From the NCBI GenBank assembly GCA_965603825.1, contig CBFDEM010000009.1, positions 124,001 to 188,000 of the forward strand: a stretch of DNA of 64,000 nt, written 5' to 3'. Each line of letters starts with the position of its first letter. Position 1 is the stretch's first letter. Source of the DNA: Blepharisma stoltei ATCC 30299. Its lineage: Eukaryota > Protista > Ciliophora. The notes under the pieces are model-generated. The model saw only the letters and a program-made list of their open reading frames with translations, was not told the origin of the DNA and searched no databases. Shown here in pieces: positions 36,527 through 49,307 of this stretch. Made by a program: the position numbers and the translations under genes.

Positions 36527-36598
36527 TTCATGGAAAATAATTTCGTTTCATTGGACTTTATATCGAAATCATTAGACTTTAACTATTGAAATAATTAA

Positions 36599-39500
36599 AT
36601 GCTGGTGAGATATTTATTTCTCTTTCCCGCTGTGCTTTCAATTATGATACAAAGGGAACTCGGATCAATTTACTTAACGGAAGGAGAATCTTATGAGCTA
36701 TACTTATCAGACTATTTCAGTGGAAACAATTTATCTTTTGCAATCTCAGATTCCAATATGACAACTGGTTCAGCAGCACTTAAAAATAAATGCGAATTTG
36801 AGATGCTAGAATTTGTCCCATACCAAAATTCAAGCTGAAATGAAACCTGAACCCATTCATCCCTCAAGCCTTTAATATCCTGAAGCCCAATTCTTGGACC
36901 ATATGAAATCATAATATGGTATAATCTTAAATATATAGCTTTTTATAACTTTTCTTCGGAGCGAGGAGAAATTGAAATGCTTTGGAATGGATTTATTGAC
37001 GCAGGGCAAAATGGAGAATATTCTCAAATAGAAGATATTAAAGTTTATTCAACTGGCTATGGTCAAATCTCTTACGCTTTAATATGAGTAAAACAGCAGG
37101 AAAATACACTTGTATGGAGAAACGATTTTTATTATATGGATTTATTAAATTTATCAGCTCTAGAAAACCCAAAACGAGTGATCTTTAGTGAAGCTACTTA
37201 TGCCTCTAATATAATCCTAGCTTATGGGGAGATTAGCAACATAATTTCTATTTATCTTGAATTCTCATCCTCACCTAGTGCAATTTATTTATATAATATA
37301 ACAAACGTTGAAGAGCCTATCCTTAATCAAGTAATATCAAATTATTATGGAATCTTAATAAGCAAACTCTCAGTTGCTAGTATGTATATGAATTCAATTT
37401 ATTTGTACGTTCTTGATACAAATTTTGGACTTATTAAGTATAGTATGTCTAGTGTTCGGGATAGATTTTTTAAAGAAAATGAATGAACTTATTATGGTTA
37501 TGTTGGGACTCTCAGTTCTATGTGAGAATTTTTTTTTGAATCCATAGGAATTATTTCAAGCTCAGGAGTATTGTTTTTCAAAAGTCCGCTACAACAATCA
37601 TTATTAGGTTTTCTGGGAGGGAAAGAAATGAATTGGGAGAATGGTTGCCTTCAAATTATTGAAGATTATTACTTCGTGCAGTCTAGTAATGGAATTTTAT
37701 CAGTTGCTTTAAGCTGAGCAGATCCGCTTCAAATATTATATAATATTGATATAAGTGATCTAGTTGGAGAAAGTTTTCAAGCTACTGGGCAATGAAGATT
37801 TTTTATAAATGAGGGCATATTTTATTTGAGGTTTGATACTGATGGCTTAAGGATTTATAAAACATACTTAGAAGAATGAAGCATTAAATTCTGGGGAAAT
37901 TCAACTTACTATGTCCAAATCACTGCAAAATCTCAAAATGATGGCATAATTTCCAGTACTTTATATGTCAACTCAATTACTCAAAATTCACAAGAAATTT
38001 TCCAAATCGACATGTATCGACCAGCTTCCATTTCTACTATCGAATTGATAGCTGACGAACAAAATGGAACCTATTTTTCTATAGTTTTGAATGATTATTT
38101 TTCGGGTCCAAATCTTGAATTCACAATAATTGATCTTCCTGACTTAAATACTTCAAGTTTCGAAATCATTACTATGAACAAACTGAAACTATATCAAAAT
38201 GTTTCTCTGTCAAGCAACATTACAAATTATTTAATTTCTGGAGCAAATATCGTATCTTTTTATGATAATAAAGTTATAGTTGATACAAGTTATGGCTCTA
38301 TACCTATAAATGCTACCAATCCTATAAAATTTTTATGAAGCAAAAGCTACGTCATATATTCTAAGCCAAACCAAAATTCATTTTTAATTATAAGTTCTTT
38401 TTACCCTGATGAAATCATTCAGAAAATTCCATCAGAAATAGATTGTATTTTCTTTTTAATTGATGATAGCTATCTTATATGTGCAGATTCGCATAAAATT
38501 GATGTATATTGCAATAATGATACCTATTACTATGACCCATTGGCTACTTTAACTGGTGAGCAATTCGAAAAAGGCTCTTCATGAAATATAACAGATCTAG
38601 CAATATCTTTCTCAGCTTATTCTACTCTCTACATTTATATAATAGATAATGATTTCGGTGCAGTTATTGTAGACTTAAATAGTATAGTTAAAGCAACTGA
38701 ACCTTTTAATTATTATGGAAAACTATCAGGTGCTAAAAATGTTATAAATACAGGAAGTGAAATTTGTTTTGTTTTTGAAAATTTTATTGAGATATATGGG
38801 TATTCTTTAGAATATTGGAAAACAATTTTGACAAATATGTATGAGCCTATTGTTGGAACATATGGGAAGTCAAATATGATTTATTTGATAACGAGTAATG
38901 CTTTATATATCTTTGATAGCGACCAACCATCACATAATTCTTTATTTTATACACTAACTATTAGCAATCCAAGCCTGCTATCATTTGGGCTATTTAACTG
39001 AGGAGATATGAGAATTGCTAATTTCAATCCTGATAAGCACTATGTTGAAATCTATACAAGCTCTTGCCCTAATAAAGAATTCTACGAGGGATGCTCATTT
39101 TATTATGGATTTTATATGAACATTGGCAACTCTGAGTACTTAAGAGACTTTTCTTTGCAAACAAGCATTTCAATAGCTGCATTTAATAAAGAAAATTTAT
39201 TAAAAGAAACTTTCCCTATAAATTTGGTAATTAATGGGAATTTCCCTTGTTATCAAAAAGAAGAAAATTGAGAAAATAATAAGAATATCCCATATAACGA
39301 GAGATACGAATTAGATTTAAGTAAATTTTTTGAGGGGCAAAATATTTTGATGACTTTGTATGTTAATGGAAATTACTCTTTCAATGAAACAGTAGAAAAC
39401 TGGCCTGCAATTATTCCTCAGCGAACTGAATTACTGGGAAGATACGATTTGAATAAACATTATGGTAAAACTAATCATATTATTATACCCAATACAGAGA

Positions 39501-40879
39501 TCGCTGTAATATTGTCTTTTTCTGAATTATTCATAATCGATGCTACTATGCTGACGAATAAAGTTATGGTTTTGAACTTAACTGAGATTTCAAATATTAC
39601 AGATTTGATATGTAATTTTATGGATGTTTTCCCTCACACACAAAATAATCTCGCTTTATTAATAACTTCATGTGCTTATAGAATTCCAGAAGCAATTAAA
39701 TATAAAAGCACAACCACTTATATTTCAGAATTTGTTTATGCTATTATTCTATGAGAATTAGATTATGTAAATTTTGAAATAATAAAATATAGGCTCCTTA
39801 ATGCATATAGTGATCATAATTATCTAAAAGCTGCCCCTCTTGATGCTCAAAGTTTTGAGATTTTAGCATTTTATATTGACAATTCAGCTCCAAATTATAT
39901 AAATAACATTTACAGATATAGTGGAAGATGAGAGATTAATGATATTAGCATTAGTCAATGTGAAGTCATAAATTATTTTTCTTTGGGTTTAAATTCATTC
40001 TATGCTCTTCTAGCTGAATTCATTGTGAAAGACTCTGAAACTGCTTATTGATATATAATTGACGACCAATATGGAATAAGAATTATACAAACTAGTAAAA
40101 ATTCAACAAGTATCTTAGTAGGTGGACTTCATGTCGAACTCAATTATTATTTTGTAAATTTTGGATTATGAGGAGATACACTTTATATAGCATGTGGAAA
40201 ATGAATGAAATCATTTAAATTAAGATCTTACACGAGTCTAGAAGAAGATTTGAATTATGGTGCTTACGAGTCACCAGAATCTGATTATTTATTTTTGCTA
40301 AATAATGTTGTTTCTTCAAAAGATAATAGATATATTGCATGCCCTGTTTGAAGGAGCGATCTAGGGTTATTGATTAGAATATGAGACACAAAAGCAAAGA
40401 ATTCATCTAATATAATATCAGAAATCTACGCCTCAGAAATAAATACTCTTTTATATCCAGTCAGTATGCAGTTTATTGGCAATTCAATACTTACATTCTA
40501 TATTAGCCATGAGAATGAATATAGAAGTTATAAAATTAATGAAAATTATTTGATTTTCCCTAAAATGAGCAAAGAAGAGTACTCAGAAATGACTAATTTG
40601 TGGGGAACAAAGTCGTTTTATTTGTATATTATTGCAGAAAATTCCAATGGAAAGGTTTCCTCAAAGTATCTTTATTTTAATAGAGAGGTCAGAGGAAAGA
40701 AAAGTGATAATTATTGATGGATTTGGGTTTTAGTTTCTATAGCAATTGTTGCTTGCATCATTGTAGGAGGGCTTTATATTAGAAAACTGTTGAAAGCCCA
40801 TAGACGTCGATCTTTAGAGTTAATTCTTATGAGAGAAATTCATAATAAAGAGGGTTTACAAGACACAGAGTTAAATTAA
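36599..40879 (+). CDS. Array gene B2: intact type-I membrane protein, 1426 aa
   Basis: One frame with only TGA interruptions. Signal MLVRYLFLFPAVLS, TM WWIWVLVSIAIVACIIVGGLYI, tail RKLLKAHRRRSLELILMREIHNKEGLQDTELN. Confidence 0.9.
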
Positions 40880-41266
40880 TTCTTTTTAAAGCCATTAAGC
40901 AATTATAATTTTAGTAGTAATATAGCTAGATAATGCTCGACTGGTTCAGGGAGTTCGATCTTTTACTTGTAATTTATAAGCCAATTTCTGGCTATTTGTA
41001 GATTTAAAGAAAAAACCTATTTTTATCGAAGAAGATTCGAGCCTATATATTTTCAAAAAGCCTACTCTTCTATTGCACAAATATTGCATATTCAAGTATC
41101 TTATAGATTTATTTCTATACCTAAAATTTAAAAATATATTTTAATGGTATCTTCGAAACTTATTCTTAGATGTGCATTATGCCAGGTAGATATCGGATCT
41201 ATGTTTTATGAAGTTTATACTAATTTAGATTACAAAAGTGATTATTTTTTTTTGATAGTTAATTTT

Positions 41267-41547
41267 ATTAAATAGGAATTTTCTCTAATATAATTAAATG
41301 GAGTGTTGGTACATCCTCTATGCCTCCAGCTTGTTACCCTTGAGCAGGCGATGGAGTTCTCTGAAGAATTTTTGATCAAAGGCCAGACTGCATGGATGAG
41401 CCATGCTGGAGCTCTAGTCTGTGCCGTTTTGAAACAACAGAGGCCACAATGAAGCAGAGTATGAGAGAGTCATTGCAGCAAGAGGCAAGCTCAAATCCAA
41501 GAAGGGAGGAGAAGAAACCCAGAGCAGCGCTGAATCCATGGAAATAG
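41267..41547. other. GC-rich foreign insertion (~280 bp) in the B-A spacer
   Basis: Absent from the homologous spacers near 30165 and 58590; much more GC-rich than its flanks; boundaries approximate. Confidence 0.75.
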
Positions 41548-41872
41548 TTAAGACTATACATTAATATTTGATAAAAAGTATAATAATCACTTATATGCAT
41601 CAAATAATTGTTATTTTAGTGTACAAAGCCTCGTTTATATACAAGTTTTCATAATTGCATATGAGAGCTTTCTGTAATTTTTGGTTGTTTGCAAGACAAT
41701 AAATTAGCATACTCATAAATTTAAAGCTATGTAGTTGAGCTATTAGTTAAAATTGTAAAAAATATAAATTCCATTGAAATAAGCATATTTAAATAAAAAA
41801 GAATTTTCTTTTAAATTATTCACCATTTGATTAGCATTTAAATCACCTCATTCATCGACTTTAATTTAATAA

Positions 41873-44800
41873 ATGCTAATAAGCTCTTTTATTCTCGTAG
41901 CATTCGTGAGCTCGTTAAATCTACGCAAAGAATTAGGGAATCTTTATTTAACAGAAGGTGAGCCATATGATCTTCTTTTATCAGACTACTTTTCTGGAGA
42001 CAACTTATCGTTTTCCATAGCAGACACCAACATGACTAATAACTCTGCAAGAATAGAAAATCAATGCGATTTTAATCATTTATCTACGATTCCATATGAA
42101 AAGCTAGAGAAATCTTGGCTCTCTTGGGATGCTCAGCCTGTTGTAATGTGGCAAGATATAAAGTTACAAGTCATTGTGGGATTCAATCAAAATTATTTAG
42201 CTGCTTATAAATTTTCGGCGTTAACAGAAGAATCAAAGCTTATTTGAAGTACAACTCTAAGTACAGAGCACAAAAATTCTCAAATTCAAGCAATTGCGAC
42301 ACTGAAAGCTAGTCATGGTGATTATCATCTGGCTGTGTTAATAAAGCAGCAAGAAAGCAATGATTTATGAAGAAATGATATATATATGATTAAAGTGCAG
42401 GATGGCTATATTTTCCACGACCCTGAAAAATTAAATTTAAATGAAATTACCTACGCTTCAAAAATAGTAATGGGAAATGGAAGTTCGTATAAGTATTTTC
42501 CCATCTATTGCGAATTTCATAAAACCTCAAGCATTCCTAATGTTTTGTATATTTATGAAATAAGTAATTTTCATGAACCAATTTTAGTGCAAGCTATTTC
42601 AAATTATGAAAAAATAGTATTTATGAGTAATTCTCTTTCTATAAGAAGTATTTTAACAGCTGCTCAATATATATACATTTTAGATTCAAATTATGGTGTA
42701 ATTTCTTTTTATAAAACCTGACCGTTAGAAATTTTTGAAGAAGAATTAAACATAAATTTAAGTTATTTCGGAGAACTCTATTCAATGGAATTTACAGATT
42801 TTGGAAAAATGATAATAAAAGCTAGCTCAGGAATCATAGTAATTGAAAGAGTGGTTAGAAAGCTAGGATTAAGAAGATTTTTGAAAAATCAAGAAAAAGA
42901 CTTATGAATCCAAGGATATGAATGCCAAAACTACTATTTCCTTCAATCAGCTAGTGAAATGTTGTCGATATTTTCCATATCTAAAGAAAATCAAGTCGAA
43001 ATCACTTATAAAATTAATTTGAAGAGTTTAGATATTCATGGTGATAGAAATATCCCACACATACTTTGTGATATAGAAAAAAATTCATATTGCTTCCAAA
43101 GATTTGAAGAAGAGGGACTTAAAGCTTATAGAATTAATTTAAAAGAATGAAAACTAAGAATTGTAGGAGACTTATTTTATGTGAAGGTTACAGCAAAAGA
43201 CGATGAGAGCCATGAAATATCAGATATTTTAAACGTCATTTCAATTCCAAAAAACTCAGATAGGATTTTGGCACTAGAAGAGGGACGAATAAAAGTGCCT
43301 GAGCCTATAGATCTATGAATAAGTGAAAAAACCTCAATGCTATATTTCTTTCCTGCCACTTATTTTTCAGGACCAAACCTTAAATATGAGTTTATTTTCC
43401 CGTATTCAGAAAAATTCAAATATGAAATTTCTAATATAACCAGGTTAGAATTAGAAGAAAGCAGAACCTCTCCTGATGGTCTTCGAAAATTTTTAGTTTC
43501 TGAATCAATATTTTATTATTTTTATGATAATAAAATTGAGTTAGAAAAAATCGACTATTTCAGAATCACTTTAAATATAACAAGCCCAATAAGAATGTTG
43601 GAAAATAGTGGATACTATGTGGTTTATTCAAATCCAAGTGAAAATATATTTCTTATATCAACCCTTTTATCTGATGGTCGAACGCTGAATTTAGTCGAAG
43701 AAATGGAATCAGAGATTGATTGCATGCTTCTTGATTTCTATAATAGCTGATTACTATGTGGAAATAGCGAAACAATTAACATTTATAGTTGGAGTGGGTT
43801 TTGAAAAAAATTATTTTCTTTAACTGAGATTATGGACCAAATCAATTTTAAGTTAGAAATAGCTGATGCTTTTCTTAGCAAGGATAATGGGTTTATTTAT
43901 ATACTTGACAGAAATTTTGGAGCTTTAGTTATCAGTATGTTTGAGAGGCAAATTAAATTCGCATTAAGAACGAAAGGAATATTTAAAATTTTGATACTAG
44001 AAGAAAGAAAAATGGGGCTTATTTATGAAGACAAAGCTGAAATTTATAATTATCTTTTTCAACTCGAAAAAACTATATTTTTTAAAGCAGAGGGACCACT
44101 TACAAATGCTTTTGTGTATCAATCCATTATTTTTATACAAATAGGCGCAATTTTTTATATATATTATCCAAGTCAATTGTCACATGATGCATTGGCTTAT
44201 TCATTTGAAATCCAAAGCCCAGGAATCATTTCTTATGGACGAAATAGTTGGTATGAGTTATTGATAACCAACTATAATCCAGATGCAAAACTTATTGAAA
44301 TATACAAGAGCCCATTTCCAAGTAAAGATGTTTTCCCTCCTGTTTATAAAATTAGCATAATTGCTGATGACATTGATAGTTTACAGAGCTCATGCTATAA
44401 TGAAAGTTTTTCAGTGATTGCATATAATGCTTATGACAAAATGGAAGCCAATTTTTCATTATTGTTGCAAATTGATGGGAACTTCCCATGAATAGAAAAT
44501 GACAAATTAGTTATTCATGAAAATTTACCTTATAATAGTAGATTTGAGGTAGATTTAAGCGACTCATTTCATGGGCAATATTTAAATATGAGTTTGAATA
44601 TCAATGGAATTAATATTAATGATCAAACATCAGAAATTTTACCAGCATTTATACCGAAAAGAGTAGAAGTTGTAGGAGAACATCAAACAAAAAATAATTG
44701 AATGAAAGACCATATTATTCTTCCCCGCACAGAAATAGCTTTGATAGCCAGTAATAATGGTTTTCTTTTTATGAACTCAACAGGCTTTAACAACGAAGGA

Positions 44801-45790
44801 AAATTTTTGAATGTTTCTGAACATACTAATCTCAAAAGCTTGACTTGTTCCTTAGTTGAATCCTTTCCACATGAAATTAAAAATTTGGCATTAATAGTTA
44901 CATCTTGCACTTATCGGACTGCAAGTGATCAACTTTTTGTGAAAACAGTGAGAGAATTTGCTCTCAAAAATGCACTCATTTTGTGGGAAATCGATTTTAT
45001 TAGCTTAAAAATTACAAATTATATCTTATTCAGCATTGCTGCAGAGCCATGATGCTTGAAAATTGCTCCACTTACTGAACTTGACTTTGAGCTAATGGTT
45101 GTCATGGGTGATAATAACATATTTGATTATAATGATGTTTTAAGATTTAGAGGAAAATGAATTGAAAATCTTATAACCATTCAGCTTTTAGAAACTATAA
45201 ATTTCCTTTCATTAGATGTTCCATCGTTTTCCCCTGTGTCACTTGATTACAAGGTAAAAAATTCTCAAACTTCTTACTGATATCTAGCAGACAAAAAATA
45301 TGGAATTAGGGTTTTAGAAACTAGTAATAGCCAAAGAAGTTATTTGGTAGGAGAGCTTCCATATCTAAATGTTCATAACTATTTCATAGCATTTGGTCTT
45401 TGTGGAGATATTTTATATGTTTCTTCATCTATGTCAGCAATAGTGTCTTATAAGATAAAAGACTATATTTATTTTGAAAAAGACTCTGATTATAATATTT
45501 TGAAAGGATCAGAAAGTGTCTATATTGGAGCACATAGTCCTATTATATGTTCAATGGATAATCGATATTTTGCAGTCCACACATTCAATTCAGAATGCTT
45601 ATTTCTAACAATTTTTGATACAAAATCTCAAAGCAATTCGAATCTCTACCCTAACTTTTATCTCTCTCTCCCTAATCTCGCTCCGATGATGGTAAAAGCA
45701 AGATTTATCAATGAAAATGAAATTTCTGCAATTTTTTATTCTAGTTTTACATATAAAAGACTCAAGGTAAACCAAAATTCTTTAATATAA
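41873..45790 (+). CDS. Array gene A2: 1305-aa ORF ending at a premature TAA before the TM helix (soluble ectodomain or young pseudogene); relic continues to 46099
   Basis: Frame intact to TAA 45788 (TTT/TTC in other copies); second TAA at 46052 in the tail relic. Confidence 0.75.
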
Positions 45791-46315
45791 ACAAATATAA
45801 ACAAAATTGAGTATGATGAGATGATAAGCAAATGGGGAACTAAGAATTTCAGCATTACAATTACTGCAGAAAATATGAACAATGCTGTTAATTCTTCGAC
45901 CATTTATTTTACACGTGAGATAGATTCAGTGAATTCAGTTCAAAGCAATTTATTAGATTTTACCTATTGACTGATAAGATTTTTAATTCTTATTTCCATT
46001 TTAGCTGTTTTCGCAGCAAGCGTAAACTTTGCTAAAAGAATCGGGTCAAAGTAAAAAATAATTCAAGCATATTTTGATGAAAAAGCATTGAAGACATAAA
46101 ATAAGAATTAATATTATTTTATAATAAATAATAATGACGCAAAATATTTTAGACTTAAATTCTTTATTATCTACATCACGATTTTTGAGGCTAGGTTTAG
46201 GTTTAACAGCTTATTTTATTTAATAGATTTTTCACCAGATTGTCATAGTAACTATGAAAATCTTAGTTTCCTGTAAGCTTGAAGCAGGACACAATGCATT
46301 TGGAAATTCCCAATT

Positions 46316-48791
46316 AGAAAATTTTATCAGAAATAGATTGTATTTTCTTTTTAATTGATTATAGCTATCTTATATGCTCAAATTCGCATCAAATAGACGT
46401 ATATTACAATAATAATACCTATTACTATGCTCATATGGCTACTTTAACTGGTGAGCAATTTGAAAAAGGTTCTTCATGAAATATAACAGATTTAGCAATA
46501 TCTTTCTCAACTTATTCTATGCTCTACATTTATATAATAGATAATGATTTGGGTACAGTTATTGTAGACTTAAAAAGTATAATTGAAACAACTGAACCTT
46601 TTAATTATTATGGAAAAGTATCAGGTGCTAAAAATGTTATAAACACAGGAAGTGAAATTTGTTTTGTTTTTGAAAATTTTATTGAGATATATGGGTATTC
46701 TTTAGAATATTGGAAAACAATTTTGACAAATATATATGAGCCTATTGTTGGAACATATGGAAAGTCAAATATGATTTATTTGATAACTAGTAGTGCTTTA
46801 TATATCTTTGATAGCGGCCAGCCATCACATAATTCTTTATTTTATACGCTGCCTATTAGCAATCAAAGCTTATTATCGTTTGGGTTATTTAACTGAGGAG
46901 ATATGAGAATTGCTAATTTCAATCCTGATAAGCACTATGTTGAAATCTATACAAGCTCTTGCCCTAATAAAGAATTCGACGTGGGATGCTCATTTTATTA
47001 TCAATTTTATATGAACATTAGCAACTCTGAGTACTTAAGAGACTTTTCTTTGCAAACAAGCATTTCAATAGCTGCATTTAATAAAGAAAATTTATTAAAA
47101 GAAACTTTCCCTATAAATTTGATAATTAATGGAAATTTCCCTTGTTATAAAGAAGAAAATTGAGAAAATCATAAAAATATTCCATATAACGAGAGATACG
47201 AATTAGATTTAAGTAAATTTTTTGAGGGGCAAAATATTGTGATGGCTTTGTCTGTTAATGGAAATTACTCTTTCAATGAAACAGTAGATAACTGGCCTGC
47301 AATTATTCCTCAGCGAACTGAATTACTGAGAAGATACGATTTGAATAAACATTATGGTAAAACTAATCATATTATTATACCCAATACAGAGATCGCTGTA
47401 ATCTTGTCTTTTTCTGAATTATTCATAATCGATGCTACTATGTTGACGAATAAAGTTATGGTTTTGAACTTAACTGAGATTTCAAATATTACAGATTTGA
47501 TATGTAATTTTATGGATGTTTTCCCTCACACACAAAATAATCTCGCTTTATTAATAACATCATGCATTTATAGAATTCCAGAAGCAATTGAATATAAAAA
47601 TACAACTACCTATATTTCTGAAATTGCTTATGCTATTATTCTATGAGAGTTAGACTATGTAAATTTTGAAGTAATTAAATATAGGCCCCTTAATACATAT
47701 AGTGATCATAATTATCTAAAAGTTGCCCCTCTTGATGCTCACAGTTTTGAGATTTTGGCATTTTATATTGACAATTCAGCTCAAAATTATATAAATAGCA
47801 TTTACAGATATAATGGAAGATGAGAGATTAATGATATTAGCATTAGCCAATGTGAGGTCATAAATTATTTTTCTTTGGGTTTAAATTCATTCTATGCTCT
47901 TCTAGCTGAATTCATTGTGAAAGACTCTGAAACTGTTTATTGGTATATAATTGACAACCAATATGGAATAAGAATTATACAAACTAGTAAAAACTCTACA
48001 AGTATCTTAGTAGGTGGACTTTATATCGAACTCAATTATTACTTTGTAAATTTTGGATTATGAGGAGATACACTTTATATAGCATGTGGAGAATGAATGA
48101 AATCATTTAAATTAAGATCTTACACGAGTTTAGAAGAAGATTCTAATTATGGTGCTTACGAATTTCAAGAATCTGATTATTTATTTTTGCTAAATAATAT
48201 TGTTTCTTCAAAAGATAATAGATACATTGCATGCCCTGTTTGAAGAAACGATCTAGGGTTATTAATTAGAATATGAGACGCAAAAGCAAAGAATTCATCT
48301 AATATTATATCAGAAATCTACGCCTCAGAAATATATACTCTTTTATATCCAGTCAGCATGCAGTTTATTGGAAATTCAATACTTAAATTTTCGGAGTCCC
48401 GCTAAGATGCTATATTAGCTATGGGAATGAATATAGAAGTTATAAAATTAATGAAAATTATTTGATTTTCCCTAAAATGAGCAAAGAAGAGTACTCAGAA
48501 ATGACTAATTTGTGGGGAACAAAGTCGTTTTATTTGTATGCTATTGCAGAAAATGCCAATGGAGAGGTTGCCTCAAAGTATCTTTATTTTAATAGAGAGG
48601 TCAGAGGAAAGAAAAGTGATAATTATTGATGGATTTGGGTTTTGGTTTCTATAACAATTGTCGCTTGCATCATTGGAGGGGGGCTTTATATTAGGAAACT
48701 GTTGAAAGCCCATAGACGTCGATCTTTAGAGTTAATTCTTATGAGAGAAATTCATAATAAAGAGGGTTTACAAGACACAGAGTTAAATTAA
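46316..48791 (+). pseudogene. Pseudo-B3: lacks the proximal promoter and first ~1.8 kb; 20-nt frameshifting insertion at 48390-48409
   Basis: The spacer breaks at ~46303 and resumes at the equivalent of B2 ~38420. The insertion ttcggagtcccgctaagatg is absent from B2/B4. Confidence 0.9.
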
Positions 48792-49307
48792 TTCTTTTTA
48801 AAGCCATTAAGCAATTATAATCTTAGTAGTAATATAGCTAGATAATGCTCGGCTGGTTAAGAGAGTTCGATCTTTCACTTGAAAGTTATAAGCTAACTTC
48901 TAGCTGTAGTGTATATTTGCCATCGGTGAGTTGGATTGTAACCCAAAAGCTTCAAATCCTATTAAGAATATTTAAAAGCATCGGACAAAGCACAGAGACA
49001 TAAATGCTCAAAAAATATTTATCAAAGTTACCATAACAGAGTTAGAGCAGCTTTTATTTTTGCATAATTATTTTTAGTATGATAAACTTCGTTTATATAC
49101 AGGTTTCATAATTGCATATGAGACCTTTCTGTAATTTTTGGTTGTTTGCAAGACAATAAATTAGCATATCCATAAGCTACTCGTTAAAATTGTAAAAAAA
49201 TAAACTCCAATGTTCTGAGCACATTTAAAGAAAAAGAGTTTTCTTTTAAATTATTCACCATTTGATTAACATTTAAATCACCTCATTCATCGACTTTAAT
49301 TTAATAA

